A stretch of DNA of 64,000 nt from an uncultured Candidatus Binatia bacterium. Lineage in GTDB: Bacteria > Desulfobacterota > Binatia > UBA9968 > JAJDTQ01. A program made the position numbers and the translations under genes. The notes under the pieces were generated by a model. That model had not been told where the DNA came from and did not search any database. It worked only from the letters and a program-made list of their open reading frames with translations. Shown here in pieces: positions 60,126-64,000 of this stretch (position 1 is its first letter; each line of letters starts with the position of its first letter). The stretch is from assembly GCA_965215605.1 (NCBI GenBank), contig OZ244070.1, positions 1,920,001 through 1,984,000 of the forward strand. The letters are read 5' to 3'.

Positions 60126-60173
60126 GGCGGCGGACACCCGGCGCGGGCGGGTTCGAAGCCCGCCCCTGCACGT

Positions 60174-60980
60174 TCATTCCCTGATGAATTCCCGAATGGC
60201 CCTGTGCGAGGCTTCCGGGTTCGAGAAAAAGTAGCTGTGCCGCTCACCCGGCAGGATTACCAGCTTCGCGTTGGGAATCCCCTCGGTGAGGATCTCGGCC
60301 CCCTTGCGGTGTGACATGTCGCTGACCACCGCGTGGTCGTCATCGCCCACCAGCACCAGCGTCGGCACGGCGATGTCCTTGAGACGGTGCCGGGTATCGT
60401 GCTCCTGGCGCGCGATCACGTGCCGGAAGTAGCACTCCACCGACGACAGGTTGGCCATGCGCACCTTGAGGCAGTTCTCGATCTCTTCCGGGTGGTCCTT
60501 CTGGTACTGCTCGGTCCAGCCCACCTCGATGGTGTGGTCTCGCACGTATTTCTTGTAACCCATCTCCACCATCTGCGTGGCGATCCTCAGCGGGATGCCG
60601 TGGGCGCCGGGATGAGCGGCGCCGGACGAGGCGAGGATGAGCTTCTTCACCCGCTCCGGGTGCTCCAGCGCCAGCAACTGCGCCACCCGGCCGCCCATGG
60701 AATGGCCACAGACGATGGCGTCGGTGGCGTCGATGTGGTCCATCACCGCGGCGATGTCGTCGGCGAACATGCGGGTGGTATAGCGCATGGGCGCGCGGGT
60801 GGAGCGGCCGGTGCCGCGGAAGTCCGTGATGATGGTGCGGTGGTCCCGCGAGAACTCGGGCACCTGGAAGATGTTCCAGACGTCGCCGTCGCAGGCCGTT
60901 TCCGAGATGAAGACGAAAGGCGGCCCGTCTCCCTGGACTTCGTAGTAGATGTCCGCGTCGCCGACGTTCAGTGTTGGCAT
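60174..60980 (-). CDS. Alpha/beta fold hydrolase
   Basis: DFRGTGRS, GHSMGG, PTLVLVGDDD, terminal His. Confidence 0.9.
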   Translation of the reverse strand: MPTLNVGDADIYYEVQGDGPPFVFISETACDGDVWNIFQVPEFSRDHRTIITDFRGTGRSTRAPMRYTTRMFADDIAAVMDHIDATDAIVCGHSMGGRVAQLLALEHPERVKKLILASSGAAHPGAHGIPLRIATQMVEMGYKKYVRDHTIEVGWTEQYQKDHPEEIENCLKVRMANLSSVECYFRHVIARQEHDTRHRLKDIAVPTLVLVGDDDHAVVSDMSHRKGAEILTEGIPNAKLVILPGERHSYFFSNPEASHRAIREFIRE

Positions 60981-61149
60981 GATGACCTCCGGGAACTCTC
61001 GTACGATGCTTTGCGTGAAGCCATTAGCACAAACCGCCGGCCGGAAACAGTAGCCGCTGGCAGAACCCGGCAGGGTGCTGGCGTTTGTTCCGTTGATGTG
61101 CAAAACTGCCCGGTTTATCTTGGGTAAACAAAATCTAAAGGGGGTTCAT

Positions 61150-62202
61150 ATGATCAGGAGGACAGGATTGGCAGTCGTGCTTGTGGCGGTGCTCGGCTTG
61201 GCCGCGGGCAACGTTGCGGTGGCCGCCGACGATTTCTACAAGGGTAAGACTATCCGGGTCATCGTCGGCTATTCCCCTGGTGGCGGGTACGACACCTATA
61301 CGCGCCAGATCGTGCGGCACATGGGCAAGTACATTCCGGGGAATCCGAATTTCATCGTGCAGAACATGACTGGCGCCGGGAGCCTCGTGTCCGCGAACTA
61401 CATCCAGAAGCGGGCCAAGCCTGACGGCACGGTGCTCGGCGTCTGGAACAGCGGCTACGTGACGTTTCAGGCTCTCGGTGATTCGAAGGTACGGATCAAG
61501 GCGGAGGACCTGACCTGGATCGGCGCTCCGGTCAAGGGCATCCCGGCATGTGTGTTCATGGCTTGGTCCGGGGCGAAGACCCTGAAGGACATCACCGATC
61601 CCAACAAGCCGGTCAAGGTCGGCGGTACACGGGCGGGCTCCACCGGGATCGATCTGCCGAAGCTCCTCAACAAGACCATCGGAACGAACTTCGACGTGGT
61701 AGCGGGTTATCCCGGAACCGCCGCGTCGCGGATCGCCATGCAGTCCAGGGAGGTCGCCGGCGCCTGCTGGGGCTGGGAATCCATTCGGGTCACGGCCCGG
61801 GCGATGCTGGACGCCAAGGGAGACGAGAAGTTGCTCGCCGTGCTCACGCACCGGAAGATCCCCGACCCTGAGCTCAAGGATGCGCTGATCATTCCGGATC
61901 TGATCGAGAAGCGGGGCGGCAAGGCGGCACTCGCGACATACAGGGGCTGGGTCAACCAGTATGAGTTCCAGCGCCCGTTGTCGGGCCCGCCGGGAATCCC
62001 TGCCGATCGCGTTCAGATGCTCAGGGACGCGCTCCAGAAGACGATGAAGGATCCGCAGTTCCTCAAGGAAGCCAATGAGGCCAAGCTCATCATCGAGCCG
62101 GTCACCGGCAAGGAGATCGAGGGCTACGTCGCCCAGATACTGGGAATGCCCCAGGAGGCAAAGGACGCGCTGTCGCCCATCCTGTTGCGGAAGAAGAAGT
62201 AG
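61150..62202 (+). CDS. Bug/TctC tripartite tricarboxylate transporter receptor
   Basis: Signal peptide, GYSPGGGYD, QNMTGAG, KPDG, GYPG, PPGIP. Confidence 0.9.
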   Translation: MIRRTGLAVVLVAVLGLAAGNVAVAADDFYKGKTIRVIVGYSPGGGYDTYTRQIVRHMGKYIPGNPNFIVQNMTGAGSLVSANYIQKRAKPDGTVLGVWNSGYVTFQALGDSKVRIKAEDLTWIGAPVKGIPACVFMAWSGAKTLKDITDPNKPVKVGGTRAGSTGIDLPKLLNKTIGTNFDVVAGYPGTAASRIAMQSREVAGACWGWESIRVTARAMLDAKGDEKLLAVLTHRKIPDPELKDALIIPDLIEKRGGKAALATYRGWVNQYEFQRPLSGPPGIPADRVQMLRDALQKTMKDPQFLKEANEAKLIIEPVTGKEIEGYVAQILGMPQEAKDALSPILLRKKK

Positions 62203-62238
62203 TAGTCGTAGGCCTTCCTCGGGTCTACCATTGACGCG

Positions 62239-62270
62239 GGTCGGGAGAGGGCGACTGCCCTCTTCCGACC
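62239..62270 (+). terminator. GC hairpin downstream of the TTT receptor gene
   Basis: GGTCGGGAGAGGGC-GACT-GCCCTCTTCCGACC; weak U-tract. Confidence 0.4.
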
Positions 62271-62426
62271 TTCATCCCTCCTGCCCAACCCATCACAGGG
62301 CCCGCCGGCCGCCCACCGGGTTGCCGCGGTACTTCGCACCGAGCGGCTCGCGATCCTGGGGCTCCTCGGCGCCGTCGTCGTCGTTCTGACGGGAATCGTC
62401 ATCGCGCGGCGCGGGAGTGTACGGCG

Positions 62427-63671
62427 GTGACCGGGATGGACGAAAGAAGCCTGCTCCGGGGCTTGTTCGAGGCGGCGGTCGCCACCGCCGAACCGGCCAA
62501 GGTGATCCCGCCGCATCTGCCTTCGCCGCCGCCCGGCCGCACCCTCGTGCTGGCCGCCGGCAAGGCGGCGGCTTCCATGGCCCGGGCCGTCGAGCAAAGC
62601 TGGCCGAACGACGTCGAAGGCATCGCCGTTACCCGGTACGGCCATGGCGTCGATTGCGAACGAATCGAGGTCGTCGAGGCCGGCCATCCGTTGCCCGACG
62701 AGGCGGGGCAGGGCGCGGCATCGCGCTTTCTCTCGACTGCCGCCGGGCTGGGGCTGGACGACCTGCTGCTGTTTCTGCTTTCCGGCGGCGCGTCCGCACT
62801 GCTGGTGGAACCGCAACCTGGCCTCAGCCTGGATGACAAGCGGGCCATCAACCGCGCGTTGCTGGCCGCCGGCGCTCCCATCGCCGAGATCAACTGCCTG
62901 CGCAAGCACCTGTCCGCCATCAAGGGAGGGCGCCTCGCAGCAACGGCCGCCCCGGCGCGCGTCGTGACCCTCGCCATCTCGGACGTACCCGGCGACGACC
63001 CGACGGTCATCGGTTCCGGTCCGACCTTGGCGGACCCCACCTCCTGCGCCGACGCGCTCGCGGTGGCCGGCCGCTACGGCGTCGAGCTGCCGGAGGGGGC
63101 ACGGACGGCACTGGAGGAGGGTGGATGGGAAACCGTGAAGCCCGGGGACTCTTGCCTGACGCGGGCCGACTATGTGCTGGTGGCGCGTCCCGCGGACGCG
63201 CTCGCGGCGGCTGCCGCCAAGGCGCGTGAGATGGGTCTCGATGTAGTCCAGCTCGGCGACGACCTTCAGGGCGAGGCGAGGGAAATGGGTGCGGCACATG
63301 CGGAGCTAGCACTGCAACAGGGCCGCGGCGTGTTGATTTCAGGGGGCGAAGCCACGGTCATGGTCAACGGACCGGGCGGAAGGGGCGGCCCCAACTGCGA
63401 ATACCTCCTGGCACTGGCCGTGGCCCTCGACGGCGCGCCGAATGTCCATGCCATCGCCTGCGACACCGACGGCATCGACGGCTCTGCGGACGCCGCCGGC
63501 GCCTTCATCGGTCCCGACACCTTGGCGCGCGCCTATGCCGTTGGAGTGGAGCCGCGGGATATGCTGGCCCGGCACGACAGCTACGAATTTTTTCGGCGGC
63601 TCGGCGATCTGGTGATGACCGGCCCGTCACGCACCAACGTCAACGATTTTCGCGCTGTCCTGATCGCCTGA
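62427..63671 (+). CDS. Glycerate kinase (TtuD/MOFRL family)
   Basis: AGKAA, GHPLPD, SGGASAL, SAIKGG, SDVPGD, GGPN, TDGIDG, TNVND. Confidence 0.92.
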   Translation: MTGMDERSLLRGLFEAAVATAEPAKVIPPHLPSPPPGRTLVLAAGKAAASMARAVEQSWPNDVEGIAVTRYGHGVDCERIEVVEAGHPLPDEAGQGAASRFLSTAAGLGLDDLLLFLLSGGASALLVEPQPGLSLDDKRAINRALLAAGAPIAEINCLRKHLSAIKGGRLAATAAPARVVTLAISDVPGDDPTVIGSGPTLADPTSCADALAVAGRYGVELPEGARTALEEGGWETVKPGDSCLTRADYVLVARPADALAAAAAKAREMGLDVVQLGDDLQGEAREMGAAHAELALQQGRGVLISGGEATVMVNGPGGRGGPNCEYLLALAVALDGAPNVHAIACDTDGIDGSADAAGAFIGPDTLARAYAVGVEPRDMLARHDSYEFFRRLGDLVMTGPSRTNVNDFRAVLIA

Positions 63672-63727
63672 AGACAATCGCTGGGCGTTGGGAACCAGTC
63701 GTTCATTGATGCAAGGGAGTTTGAACC

Positions 63728-64000
63728 ATGATTTATGCGTACCCGTGTAATCTGATTCCCGACGAAGACGGGGCTCTGGTAGTCACCTTCCCTGACGTGC
63801 CTGAGGCGATCACCGGTGGAGAGAACCGGTCTCAGGCTCTGGAAAGAGGGGAGGACGCCCTCGCCACCGCTTTGGCTGGTTACGTCCATGAGAGATGAAG
63901 GCCAGGACTTGGTCGTTGTACCCACTGTCGTGGCCGCCAAGCTTGCGCTCTACTCTGCCATGCGCACTCAACACGTTACCAAAGTAGAGCTTGCCGTCAG
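63728..64000 (+). pseudogene. HicB-like antitoxin pseudogene, runs off the window edge
   Basis: MIYAYPC...DEDG / frameshift / LVVTFPDVPEAITGG...LAGYVHER* then VAAKLALYSAMR. Confidence 0.75.

Noticed and set aside
1-64000. rRNA or tRNA genes
   Set aside because: No recognisable rRNA sequence or cloverleaf seen in intergenic regions.

Overview
High-GC bacterial chromosomal window; the gene content (many amidohydrolases, LVIVD, TTT and TA genes) resembles uncultured Deltaproteobacteria/Binatia-like lineages, which is inference only. From left to right: a CoA-dependent catabolic block with a DUF5131 gene and a tcmP stump (1-7.4 kb); an accessory patch with a CI-like repressor, a decayed WYL paralog, toxin-antitoxin modules and two solitary type I-G-like CRISPR repeats (7.4-11.5 kb); a myo-inositol uptake/catabolism operon (11.5-21 kb, plus 26-27 kb); a sigma54/NtrC- and ANTAR-controlled cyanate ABC transporter plus cyanase operon (21-26 kb); a WYL-led complete type I-E CRISPR-Cas locus whose 22-repeat array is split by an IS21 and followed by a DEDDy exonuclease (27-41 kb); catalase, a Phd-PIN pair, a Cu-ATPase and a DUF4143 ATPase (41-48 kb); and an aromatic/heterocycle catabolism-like block with accBC, a TTT receptor and glycerate kinase (48-64 kb). 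The best candidate for an undescribed system is the pair of identical orphan CRISPR repeats, from a different repeat family than the resident I-E array, each placed upstream of PIN-toxin genes, one of which has no protein antitoxin. All calls were made by eye with no database searches.
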